DNA from: a bacterium
Lineage (GTDB): Bacteria; Patescibacteriota; Minisyncoccia; UBA6257; GWB1-50-10
DNA: 64,000 nt
Direction: 5' to 3'
Assembly (NCBI GenBank): GCA_021814165.1
Contig: JAKAIX010000002.1
Location: 69,371-133,370 of the forward strand
The position numbers and the translations under genes are program-made. Positions within the stretch are counted from its first letter, which is position 1. Each line of letters starts with the position of its first letter. A model generated the notes under the pieces. That model saw only the letters and a list, made by a program, of their open reading frames with translations. It did not search any database and had not been told where the DNA came from. Positions 7,937 through 16,114 of this stretch are shown one piece after another.

Positions 7937-9529
7937 TTACATCTTTTTTGGGGCGCTGATACCGATCGTCGAAAAGAGATTCTCAAATATAATGCATGTT
8001 GCGGCAACGAGTGCGACGCGCGCATCGCTGATTCCTTTTTCTTCTCCCGCCACGCGCTCCGCTTCGTAGAAGTTATGGAATGTCTTTGCGAGCTCCGATG
8101 CGTATCGCGTGAGGCGGTGGACGCCGTAGTCGCGGGCGGCATCCTCGATAATCTCAGGAAACCGCGCAAGTTCGCGGATGAGGCCTATATCATGCACGGT
8201 CGAGAGTTTCGTAACGTCGAAGTTCTTCGACGCGGTTGTTATCTTCATCTTCGTGAGAATATTCTTCGCGCGCACATACGCATACTGAACGTAATACACG
8301 GGGTTTTTCTGCGATCTCTCTTTCGCGAGCGCGAGATCGAAATCCATATGCGTTTCCGGAGCGATCATGAGAAAAAAGAATCGCGCCACATCGGCTCCCA
8401 CCTCGTCCACAAGCTCCTCGAACGTCACGAATTTTCCTTTCCGTTTGGACATTTTTACCAACTCTCCTTGTTCCATAAGGCGAATCGCCTGTGTGACAAG
8501 TACGGTCGATTCTTTGAACCCGAGGATTTTCGCGACGGCTTGGATGCGCGCCACATAGCCGTAATGATCCGGCCCCAGAATGTTGATCTTAGTATCAAAT
8601 CCGCGTTGCTTCGTTTGGAGATAATGCCCGGCATCCGCAAGAAAATACGTCGGATTCCCCTCCTTTGTGATAATTACCCGGTCCTTGTCGTCGCCGAACG
8701 CGGTCGTCTTGAGCCACGTTGCTCCGTCCTCTTCGAATACAAAATTTTTCTTCTTAAAGAGCGTGAGCACTTTCTTGACGAGGCCGGTCGTATGGATCTG
8801 TTTCTCGGAGGTAAAACGATCGAATTTGATCCTCGCTTTTTTCTGTACGGCAGTTTTGATAAACCTGAGAAAGTCTTTCGCGGCGCGCTCTCCCAGGGAA
8901 AGCGGCTTTCCCTTCATGCTCTCGATAAGCGCGCGGTGACCGTCCGCCCATTCTTTTACATAATCACCCTTGTAGTACTCCTCCGAGTCGGGAATGATTC
9001 CTCCCGCGGCAAGTATGGATTTCCCCAGGTTCAATACCTGATTTCCCGTGTCGTTCACGTAATACTCCCGCTCCACCTTTGCGCCCGCGCGCGCGAGCAC
9101 GTTTCCCAGGGCGTCGCCCAAAAATCCTCCCCTGCCGTTCGCGAGCGTAAGCGGCCCCGTCGGATTCGCCGAGATGAACTCAAGCTGGACTTTCTTCTTG
9201 AGGAGCTTGAGTGTTCCGTACTTCTTCTTCTCGTTCAAAATCCGCTTCAGCTCCTCTTCGAGTACGTTGCTGCTTACCGAAAAATTAATGAATCCGGGGC
9301 CCGCAACTTCCACTTTCTCGAAAAAACCCTTAGGCGCTTTTACCCCGATGCTGTCCGCGATCTTCGTTGCGATCTCCCGCGGATTCTTTTTCTCCGCCTT
9401 TGCGAGCTGGAATGCGACCATCGTTGCGTAGTGCGCCTCCTGATGTTCCTCGGCAACCCGCACGTCGAATACCGTCCCCTTGGGAACCGCTTTCGCGACG
9501 ATTGCCGTAATCCTCGATCGAATACCCAT
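7937..9529 (-). CDS. argS: Arginyl-tRNA synthetase
   Basis: 530 aa with an ArgRS-type N-terminal domain, a class I catalytic core and a DALR-like C-terminus. The 562-aa ORF on the + strand over the same span is its antisense shadow. Confidence 0.85.
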   Translation of the reverse strand: MGIRSRITAIVAKAVPKGTVFDVRVAEEHQEAHYATMVAFQLAKAEKKNPREIATKIADSIGVKAPKGFFEKVEVAGPGFINFSVSSNVLEEELKRILNEKKKYGTLKLLKKKVQLEFISANPTGPLTLANGRGGFLGDALGNVLARAGAKVEREYYVNDTGNQVLNLGKSILAAGGIIPDSEEYYKGDYVKEWADGHRALIESMKGKPLSLGERAAKDFLRFIKTAVQKKARIKFDRFTSEKQIHTTGLVKKVLTLFKKKNFVFEEDGATWLKTTAFGDDKDRVIITKEGNPTYFLADAGHYLQTKQRGFDTKINILGPDHYGYVARIQAVAKILGFKESTVLVTQAIRLMEQGELVKMSKRKGKFVTFEELVDEVGADVARFFFLMIAPETHMDFDLALAKERSQKNPVYYVQYAYVRAKNILTKMKITTASKNFDVTKLSTVHDIGLIRELARFPEIIEDAARDYGVHRLTRYASELAKTFHNFYEAERVAGEEKGISDARVALVAATCIIFENLFSTIGISAPKKM

Positions 9530-9578
9530 TATTAATTAATGTAACGCGTTACCGACAAAACCTCCAGTCGCTTAAGGA

Positions 9579-9612
9579 GGAAGCCCGGCCTCCGATCGGA
9601 GGCCGGGCTTCC
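9579..9612. repeat. Perfect 34-bp GC-rich palindrome GGAAGCCCGGCCTC-CGATCG-GAGGCCGGGCTTCC
   Basis: Read directly. The arms are the same as the outer arms of the 2786-2837 element. The flanking CCTTATATT motif is also shared with 2888-2900. Confidence 0.7.
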
Positions 9613-9659
9613 TTATATTAATCCGTCCGTAATTTTTGATTCCTAATTTGTAATTCCCG

Positions 9660-11429
9660 TTACACGACTTCTGCTTGATAACATGATTCGCAGTATACAA
9701 TCTCATGTCGCTCGGGCGCGTAGCTTGTCTCGAACTCGTTGGGACATTTCTCCGTCCCGTGAGTATGTTTCCCGGTATTTTGATAAACGCCGTTTTCCGA
9801 TTTCGATCCCACACATTGGCACTTTCTATGCCATAACTTAAGTGGATTCTTCCGAAAAAACCGCGCCTGATGTCTGCAGTTGGGACACAGACGCGGAAGG
9901 GGCAGATTCATCCTGCGGTGAAACGTGAGTTCCTCCGGAATGATTTTGAACGCCGTAGTACACTGATGCGCGCACTTCCCTTCGTGCGCGCATCCGACTA
10001 CCTCCTCCAAAATAGAATCCGGAACATCTTTAATGGTCTGCTGCAAATTTTTGCTCTCTTGCGTCACCTTATAGTTCCGCTCCTCCGGCTCCTTCCATAA
10101 AAATCCCTTTCCTGCCGCTTCCTGCTTTGAAAGAGGGAAGTAGTCCTGAGCGACCGTTTCGTTATATGCAAAGGGGCAGAGATCGGAGGAAAAAAATTCA
10201 CCGTATCCGAATCGCCGTCCTCCGGTATCCTGAAACGGTTTTTCTTTCATCTGCAGAACGACTTTTTCTCTTAATTCTTCATATTCCTCTTTCGAATATT
10301 GTTTGTTTAAAATGCAGTATTGCGCTTTCCGCAAACTTACGCACCCGAACAAATTATTCGAGTTCTCGCAGGTATCGCAGTATTCCGCATCAAAATCGTT
10401 CCATACGCAGTATCCGAACTTCACATTACTCGTCGTGATCGCGCTCACAATCTCATACGAAAACTGGCCATCATCAACCGCAACATACCCGTCATAACAG
10501 TTCCTGCTTTTGTTTCCGTGATTCATGAACTTCGAGTCCTCAAGCAATTCGGAATCGTATGCATGAAAGGCGTTTTTCGAGTTGAACACGTAGTCACCCG
10601 AAACGTTGGTGTTTTGAATCCCGTGGATGTGTTTTGATGGGAATCTTTTCCAGAACTCGAACGCGAGAACTCGCGTCGAGTCGATACCGTCCTGGGAGTC
10701 CAGTCTCATGGACTCCATTTCTTTCAAATAGTCCTCTTTCGAGTACTGCTTATTGAAAATCTGATAGCGCGCGTTCCGCAGGTTGGCACATCCGATACAG
10801 TCCTGGCAGTTCGCACAGTTCTTACAAAAGAAGAGGTCTTGGGAATCATTGCAATCCTCCGAAAAGCAGATCTTGTAGCACTTCCGGCACGTGACCGAAT
10901 CGTAAGAAAGTTCGCACTCGTGGCAATTCAGGAGATCCGCACTGTTGCGGCAATCGAAGGTTGAATACGAGTACATCAGATCCTCATTGTGGTCGCTTAC
11001 AAAGATAAGGTAACAATTTTTGTTGAACGCAGCGCCGTTCGCATAATCGCTCTTCACATTCTGAAATGCGAACGCATAAAGACGCGGAACTTTAAATTGC
11101 AGTTTCCTGAACTGTTCGAGAAAGGGCCTCGAGAAATCGACATCAACACCGAAAGAAAGCGGATCCCACTTATCCGAGTGGTAACACTCCCGGCAGTACA
11201 CTGTGTAGGGCTTGTCGGGAGAGTATATGGAAATTATGGTGTTGCCGCAGAGATCGCATTTTCTCCGGTACAAACTGCGTTCACAGCGCCAGATGAGGCG
11301 CCGCTGCAATCTGCATTCCGAACACCACGTGGGAGGAGGAACCTGTAGTTTCTCATAAAATGAAAAATCATCCGGTTCGATCGTGAACGATTGCTTGCAA
11401 TTCTGACAGATTTTGGATTCCGTATTCAT
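9660..11429 (-). CDS. Cysteine-rich multi-zinc-ribbon protein, paralog 1 of 3 (family not recognised)
   Basis: The true start is probably the internal Met (MNTESKICQNCKQSFTIEPDDF...) at 11429, not the track start at 11495. It has an N-terminal double CxxC ribbon (PPPTWCxxCRLQRR), two internal C-x2-C-x2-C...FGC...YCIxNKQYSKEEYE modules, and a C-terminal Cys/His cluster ending YCESCYQAEVV. Confidence 0.7.
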   Translation of the reverse strand: MNTESKICQNCKQSFTIEPDDFSFYEKLQVPPPTWCSECRLQRRLIWRCERSLYRRKCDLCGNTIISIYSPDKPYTVYCRECYHSDKWDPLSFGVDVDFSRPFLEQFRKLQFKVPRLYAFAFQNVKSDYANGAAFNKNCYLIFVSDHNEDLMYSYSTFDCRNSADLLNCHECELSYDSVTCRKCYKICFSEDCNDSQDLFFCKNCANCQDCIGCANLRNARYQIFNKQYSKEDYLKEMESMRLDSQDGIDSTRVLAFEFWKRFPSKHIHGIQNTNVSGDYVFNSKNAFHAYDSELLEDSKFMNHGNKSRNCYDGYVAVDDGQFSYEIVSAITTSNVKFGYCVWNDFDAEYCDTCENSNNLFGCVSLRKAQYCILNKQYSKEEYEELREKVVLQMKEKPFQDTGGRRFGYGEFFSSDLCPFAYNETVAQDYFPLSKQEAAGKGFLWKEPEERNYKVTQESKNLQQTIKDVPDSILEEVVGCAHEGKCAHQCTTAFKIIPEELTFHRRMNLPLPRLCPNCRHQARFFRKNPLKLWHRKCQCVGSKSENGVYQNTGKHTHGTEKCPNEFETSYAPERHEIVYCESCYQAEVV

Positions 11430-11498
11430 AATTCCCGTTACACGACTTCTGCTTGACCCTCCTTCGCTTTTCGAGCTACGAAGGGCAAGTAGCACCGC
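11430..11498 (-). other. 69-bp spacer between the tandem paralogs containing a fossil copy of a paralog 3' end (...QAEVV-stop + CGGGAATT)
   Basis: The 28-nt block TCAAGCAGAAGTCGTGTAACGGGAATTA at 9651-9678 (the C-terminal codons plus stop of paralog 1) is repeated at 11430-11456, directly upstream of the paralog 1 ATG. Confidence 0.6.
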
Positions 11499-13286
11499 TC
11501 ATACAACCTCCGCCTGATAACATCCCTCACAGTAGATGACCTCGGGTCGCTCCGGAGCGTACGGAGTTTCAAATTCGCTGGGACAGTGGGTGTTTCCATG
11601 AACGTGCTTACCGGTATTTTTGAAAATTTCCTTCTCGGAAGCGGCGCCCGCGCACATGCATTTCCGGTGCCAGAGCTTCAACGGATTGCGCTTCGAAAAC
11701 CGCTCATGGTGGCGGCAATTGGGGCAGAGGCGCGGAAGCGGTACTCCCAGCTGCTTGTACAAACTAAGCTCCTTGGGAATTATCTTGAAGGCGGTCGTGC
11801 ACTGCTCCACGCACTTCCCTTCGTGCGCGCATCCTACAACTTCGTTCAGGATAGAATCATTTACATCCTCGATACGATCCGGAAGATCATTGGCGCGTAC
11901 CGTGACGGTGTAATTTTTATTTTCCATTTCCCGCCATACGAGTCCGCGCGCTTCCATTTCCTCTTTAGTGAGCGGGTAATAATCTTGTGCAATTGTTTCG
12001 TTATAGGCGAAGGGTGAAAACTCCGGCGGGAAAAACTCGCCGTAGGCATACATCCTCCCCTTCTTATCCGTGTACGGCATCGCATTCATGTGGGCAACGA
12101 GCTTCGGCAACAGTAATTCATACTCCTCTTTTGTATACTGCCTGTTCAGGATGCAATACTGCTTGCTGTGCAATCCCACACACCCGAAGCAGTCCTGGCA
12201 TCCGGTGCAGCCAACCGAGTAGTAAATTCGCGCACTCCCCTTTATGAAGAAGCTGAAGTAATAGTCCTGGTTTTCATTCGATTCGAATCCTATCGCTATC
12301 GTCTCATACACTCTCTCGGCGCTCGGCATGCCGTAGTTGTCATACCCGTCCTTCACGCCGATCACCGCATACACCGTGTATTTCGAGTCCTCGGATCCGG
12401 TCCCCGACAGATCGAAACAGTTCTTGCAGTTCCTGGCGTTTCTCACGTTGTCACCAGTGGAGTTTTCCGTGTTGACCATAAACGCGTAGCGATGGAGTGA
12501 TTTTCGGTATAATTCGTCGAATTTCCGCTTGGCCTCCTGCAACGCCCCGTGGTTCCCGAGATTCAGCTCTTTCACCCGCTTTTCATATTCTTCTTTGGTT
12601 AGCTGCTCGTTAAAGAAACAATTACTCTTGCCTCGGAGATTCGCGCACCCGAAACAGTTCGTACAGTTCTTGCACTCATAAAGGAACCAGGAGTCGGAAC
12701 AGTTATCCGAGTATTTACTGAAAAGGAGTCGGTTAGAGTTCTCGCATTGGATATCCTCGTAGCAAAGTTCCATCTTCGAACAGTTAAAAAGATCGAGAGA
12801 ATCTCTCGTAGATGAGGTGGTCTCGGAATAGAGAAGGTCTTCGTTCTGCCTGCCGCCGAAAATGAGATAGGAATTTTTATTCGAGGCGGTGAAGTTGCAG
12901 TAATCGGAGTTCACCGATTGTGTATTAAAAAGATTGATCACGGGTACCGCTTTAAAGAGGTTTTTGAATTGGGATAAAAAACTTTCGCTGAAATCCAACT
13001 TCATGCCGTAAGACATCGGATCCCACGCATCGCCCCACCAGCATTCCTGGCAAAATACCGTCATCGGGCTCGTGTCGGATAGAAAGGAGATAATCGATTT
13101 CCCGCACTTGTCGCACTTTCTCCTGTAGAGCGATCTCTGGTTCCGGAACGCCAGGCGCCGTTGGAGCCGGCATGCCGGGCACCACGTGGGGGGAGGCACT
13201 TTCATCTTCTCGTAGAAGGCGAAGTCATCCGGCTCGATCGTGAACGATTGCTTGCAGTTTTGGCATTGTCGTGTTTCCTTCTCCAT
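11499..13286 (-). CDS. Cysteine-rich multi-zinc-ribbon protein, paralog 2 of 3
   Basis: 595 aa. It starts MEKETRQCQNCKQSFTIEPDDFAFYEKMKVPPPTWCPACRLQRR, has the same module architecture as paralog 1, and ends YCEGCYQAEVV. Confidence 0.7.
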   Translation of the reverse strand: MEKETRQCQNCKQSFTIEPDDFAFYEKMKVPPPTWCPACRLQRRLAFRNQRSLYRRKCDKCGKSIISFLSDTSPMTVFCQECWWGDAWDPMSYGMKLDFSESFLSQFKNLFKAVPVINLFNTQSVNSDYCNFTASNKNSYLIFGGRQNEDLLYSETTSSTRDSLDLFNCSKMELCYEDIQCENSNRLLFSKYSDNCSDSWFLYECKNCTNCFGCANLRGKSNCFFNEQLTKEEYEKRVKELNLGNHGALQEAKRKFDELYRKSLHRYAFMVNTENSTGDNVRNARNCKNCFDLSGTGSEDSKYTVYAVIGVKDGYDNYGMPSAERVYETIAIGFESNENQDYYFSFFIKGSARIYYSVGCTGCQDCFGCVGLHSKQYCILNRQYTKEEYELLLPKLVAHMNAMPYTDKKGRMYAYGEFFPPEFSPFAYNETIAQDYYPLTKEEMEARGLVWREMENKNYTVTVRANDLPDRIEDVNDSILNEVVGCAHEGKCVEQCTTAFKIIPKELSLYKQLGVPLPRLCPNCRHHERFSKRNPLKLWHRKCMCAGAASEKEIFKNTGKHVHGNTHCPSEFETPYAPERPEVIYCEGCYQAEVV

Positions 13287-13395
13287 AATTCTTAGTTCAT
13301 AACTCTTTATTCCCGTCTCTACTACTCTACCGCGCGGGGCAGAAAATCTCCAGCACGAAGTTGATCTTCAAATACGTTTCCCTCCAATGTAAATA

Positions 13396-13431
13396 AAAAG
13401 TGGCGCAGAAGGGTTGTTTGCGCCACTTTTC
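13396..13431. terminator. Hairpin AAAAGTGGCGC...GCGCCACTTTT
   Basis: Inverted repeat with flanking A and T runs. It lies downstream of the 129-aa gene on the minus strand and upstream of the Cys-rich paralog pair. Confidence 0.55.
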
Positions 13432-13470
13432 AAAAGATGGGTTTTTAAAAATGAGGTTGAGAAGGTTGAG

Positions 13471-13860
13471 TTAGCTATTATTATACACAACTTCGGTTTT
13501 TGCGTCCGCTGTAACAGTAACCTTGCCGTTGGAAGTAATGAGCGCATTTATCAGGTTTACGTGGCCCGTTTTTCTTGTTTTCAGTCCTGTTACAGCAACC
13601 TCTGAAGGGAGTGCGGCATTGTCACCTACCTGTTCAACGGTGCGGATTGCAAGATTGGTAACACCACAAAAGAAAATTTGTTTCACCTTCTGTGCGGTTA
13701 CTCCTTCAACCTGTTCACTAAGATTGATGGTATCGCCGATTCTTGCGTTTTCGATGTCGGCACGCACTGTTTGGTTGTGAGTCATTCCCGCTTCTTCCAT
13801 GTAATTGGTAAGAACTTCCGGTTGGGAACTCGAAAGCACAACTACCGTTCTCTTTCTCAT
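13471..13860 (-). CDS. Hypothetical protein (129 aa), first gene upstream of the Cys-rich tandem pair
   Basis: This ORF sits in an AT-richer stretch. I recognised no motif. Confidence 0.35.
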   Translation of the reverse strand: MRKRTVVVLSSSQPEVLTNYMEEAGMTHNQTVRADIENARIGDTINLSEQVEGVTAQKVKQIFFCGVTNLAIRTVEQVGDNAALPSEVAVTGLKTRKTGHVNLINALITSNGKVTVTADAKTEVVYNNS

Positions 13861-14159
13861 AAAAATACCCTCCTTAGGATATTTAGTTATGAATTAAATT
13901 ATTTAGGTACAGCCGTGATATCAAGGCTGATGTTAGAGTACACCACACCAGACCCGCACATCAAGTGTTTCTCTTTCACGCTCACGCCCCGCCCCGGAAG
14001 TTAGTAGCACGAGCATATCCACAGTTACCTATTTCAATCTCCTCCATCTGTGATACCTTTAAAAGAACCAAAAACGAGCCACGAAGATAGGAGGCGCGCT
14101 CGTCCAGGTAGTACAGTAGTACGGAACGCTTTTTTAAAACTTTAAATATAGAGGTTATC

Positions 14160-14684
14160 ATGAAAGCGAAAAATGTCTTTGGTATATTTCTGTGTTTGGT
14201 GTTCGTTGGTCTCTTAGCAATTTCGCAGGTAGATCAAGCGGGTAATACCAAAACACAAGCACAGGTAGTTGATTTTCAATCGGCGTTTCAAACCCATCCA
14301 CCTGGAACTGCAACCCTTAAGGTATACCAGGTGAAAGAGAATATAACCGCAGGACAGGTGCTACAACGAGTACATATGGAACAGTTGGATGTCGGCCAAA
14401 TTGCAAACCAGAAGCTGATGGCAAACACTACTCGGAATTTAACAATGGTACAAGGTACAAATGACGTTACAGGTGCTGCTCAATACATTGTTCTCCAAAA
14501 GGTAAAAACCCAAGCTATACAAGATGATTTCGGTAACGGTTATAACCAATTGGCGAACTCGGCTTACTCAGAACAAAATACTACAAACTTTAACTCTGCA
14601 ATCTTTGCAAATAACAGTGCTGCTGTGAGTAATGATGCTCCAACCTCAAAATTTCTAAGAGCAAGCTACGTTCTTAGAATCTAA
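14160..14684 (+). CDS. Hypothetical secreted protein (N-terminal signal peptide, Asn/Gln/Thr-rich)
   Basis: The N-terminus MKAKNVFGIFLCLVFVGLLAISQVDQA is signal-peptide-like. A hairpin terminator follows at 14695-14730. Confidence 0.45.
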   Translation: MKAKNVFGIFLCLVFVGLLAISQVDQAGNTKTQAQVVDFQSAFQTHPPGTATLKVYQVKENITAGQVLQRVHMEQLDVGQIANQKLMANTTRNLTMVQGTNDVTGAAQYIVLQKVKTQAIQDDFGNGYNQLANSAYSEQNTTNFNSAIFANNSAAVSNDAPTSKFLRASYVLRI

Positions 14685-14694
14685 TTTCCAGTTC

Positions 14695-14730
14695 TTAGGG
14701 AAGGCAAAATGTCTTCCCTAAAACTTTTTA
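14695..14730 (+). terminator. Hairpin TTAGGGAAG-GCAAAATGT-CTTCCCTAA followed by an A/T run
   Basis: Read directly from the sequence, downstream of the 174-aa gene. Confidence 0.5.
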
Positions 14731-14760
14731 AGGCCTCTACGAATTTAACTCCGGCACCAG

Positions 14761-14794
14761 AAAACCACAGAACCCACCATTAAGGTGGGTTCTG
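14761..14794 (-). terminator. Rho-independent terminator of the tmRNA gene (CAGAACCCACC...GGTGGGTTCTG + TGGTTTT on the minus strand)
   Basis: A perfect 11-bp inverted repeat immediately 3' of the tmRNA acceptor end. Confidence 0.65.
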
Positions 14795-14801
14795 TAGTTT
14801 G

Positions 14802-15139
14802 TGGAGATGGCCGGAGTTGAACCGGCATCCAGTAGCTTCCTTACAAACCTTCTACAAGCTTAGTCCGTTAAGACGATGTTTGATTCTTTGTTTAACGAGC
14901 GTATCCGAATCGCTATACACTCACGAGTCCCATGTATAACACCAGTGATCCTCTATGGAACCTGAAGGACTGATGCCCCTCCTTCGCATAAAGCTACGGG
15001 AGGGGATCCCACACTACGCGTAAGCGAGCGCGGGAACTGCGTTTCTATTGGCAGTTAAAATTGAGTGAAGAGTTTCACGAGATTTTCAGCTCGACCTGCG
15101 GTTTGCAAGGGAATGATACTGTCGAAGCCTAGCATCCCC
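14802..15139 (-). ncRNA. ssrA: tmRNA (SsrA), about 338 nt
   Basis: Minus-strand 5' GGGGATGCTAGGCTTCGAC and 3' ...GCCGGTTCAACTCCGGCCATCTCCA form a 7-bp acceptor stem with one G-U pair, and the T-arm is GCCGG-TTCAACT-CCGGC. A candidate tag ORF GCC AAT AGA AAC GCA GTT CCC GCG CTC GCT TAC GCG TAG encodes ANRNAVPALAYA. smpB is adjacent. Confidence 0.7.
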
Positions 15140-15186
15140 AACGGAAATTATCAATTTCCAATTTTCAAATAACGAACGAGGAGATA

Positions 15187-15636
15187 CTAATATGAACGTT
15201 TCTCGGCTCGTTTTATTTCACGCTCCGTCTCACGTTTCTTGATGGTTTCCCGTTTGTCATATTGTTTCTTGCCTCTTGCGAGCCCGAGCTCTATCTTCAC
15301 CCGAGCGCCTTTATTATACAATCTAACAGGCACCAGCGTCAACCCGCTCTTCGTTTTTCCTATAAGATAGGAGATTTCCTTTTTATTAAGAAGAAGTTTC
15401 TTCGTGCGCATCGAGTCGTAGTTTGCGGGCGCGTTTTTCGGTTGGAATGACGGCACGTCCATCCCCACGAGGAATAACTCCCCGCCGCGGACGATCGCGT
15501 GCGCTCCCGCAAGGTTTACGTGCCCCGTTTTGATGGATTTTGCCTCGTGTCCGGATAATACGATGCCGGCCTCGAATTTTTCGAGGATCTCATAGTCGAA
15601 TCTCGCTTTTTTGTTTTCCTTTACACCTTTCCGCAT
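15187..15636 (-). CDS. smpB: SsrA-binding protein SmpB
   Basis: 149 aa with an SmpB-like pattern (KKARFDYEILEKFEAGIVLSGHEAKSIK...LVPVRLY..GK.KVELALA.GKK.YDKRE) and a basic C-terminal tail. Confidence 0.85.
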   Translation of the reverse strand: MRKGVKENKKARFDYEILEKFEAGIVLSGHEAKSIKTGHVNLAGAHAIVRGGELFLVGMDVPSFQPKNAPANYDSMRTKKLLLNKKEISYLIGKTKSGLTLVPVRLYNKGARVKIELGLARGKKQYDKRETIKKRETEREIKRAEKRSY

Positions 15637-15824
15637 AACACTCTCACATTATCACACATAAAGTGAGGTGAAAAATAGGGGGTGAAAAAAGAGAAACTCA
15701 AATAAAGACAGGGAAAATTTCTAATCTATGGTTTTAAAGAGGCAGCGAAGCGACGACGTGAAATTCTGGCCATCTTTATAGAAAACCAAGGGGGTTTCTG
15801 CTTTTTGGTTAGTATTGGATTGCT

Positions 15825-15853
15825 TTGACTTTCGATTTATTTTCGACTATAAT
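15825..15853 (+). promoter_or_regulatory. Consensus sigma70-type promoter TTGACT-N17-TATAAT whose spacer is the 17-nt motif TTTCGATTTATTTTCGA (candidate LexA operator)
   Basis: TTGACT is at 15825-15830 and TATAAT at 15848-15853. The 17-mer at 15830-15846 is identical to 17316-17332, just upstream of the lexA ATG. Confidence 0.5.
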
Positions 15854-15922
15854 GAAAACACAACATGAAGGCAAAAACTCGGATGTGGATAACTAACAAA
15901 GGCCGGAAGACAAAGTAAAAAT

Positions 15923-16114
15923 ATGCCATTAGGAGAACATCAGAGGACAAAAGAGGGTACGTTCAGAAGAGAGCGGAGCGATTCCAAGGTGGGTAATCTT
16001 AAGGAGGATTATCCCGTACTAGACCAATTCAATGGAAATACTCATCTGGGAACGCTTTTAGAAAAGTACGACGTTGATTCCTTAAGTCAATTACTCAAAA
16101 AGTTACGTAAGTGA
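15923..16114 (+). CDS. Hypothetical small protein (63 aa)
   Basis: ORF downstream of the candidate promoter; it overlaps the next gene in an ATGA junction. Confidence 0.35.
   Translation: MPLGEHQRTKEGTFRRERSDSKVGNLKEDYPVLDQFNGNTHLGTLLEKYDVDSLSQLLKKLRK

Noticed and set aside
7847-9535. 562-aa ORF on the plus strand
   Set aside because: It is exactly antisense to argS, which has clear class I aaRS motifs. This is a typical shadow ORF in a GC-balanced gene, and no motifs were recognised in its translation.
11430-11495. N-terminal 22-aa extension of paralog 1 in the ORF track (start at 11495)
   Set aside because: The extension (MLLALRSSKSEGGSSRSRVTGI) is the translation of the fossil 3'-end block. 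The internal Met at 11429 aligns with the N-termini of the other two paralogs.
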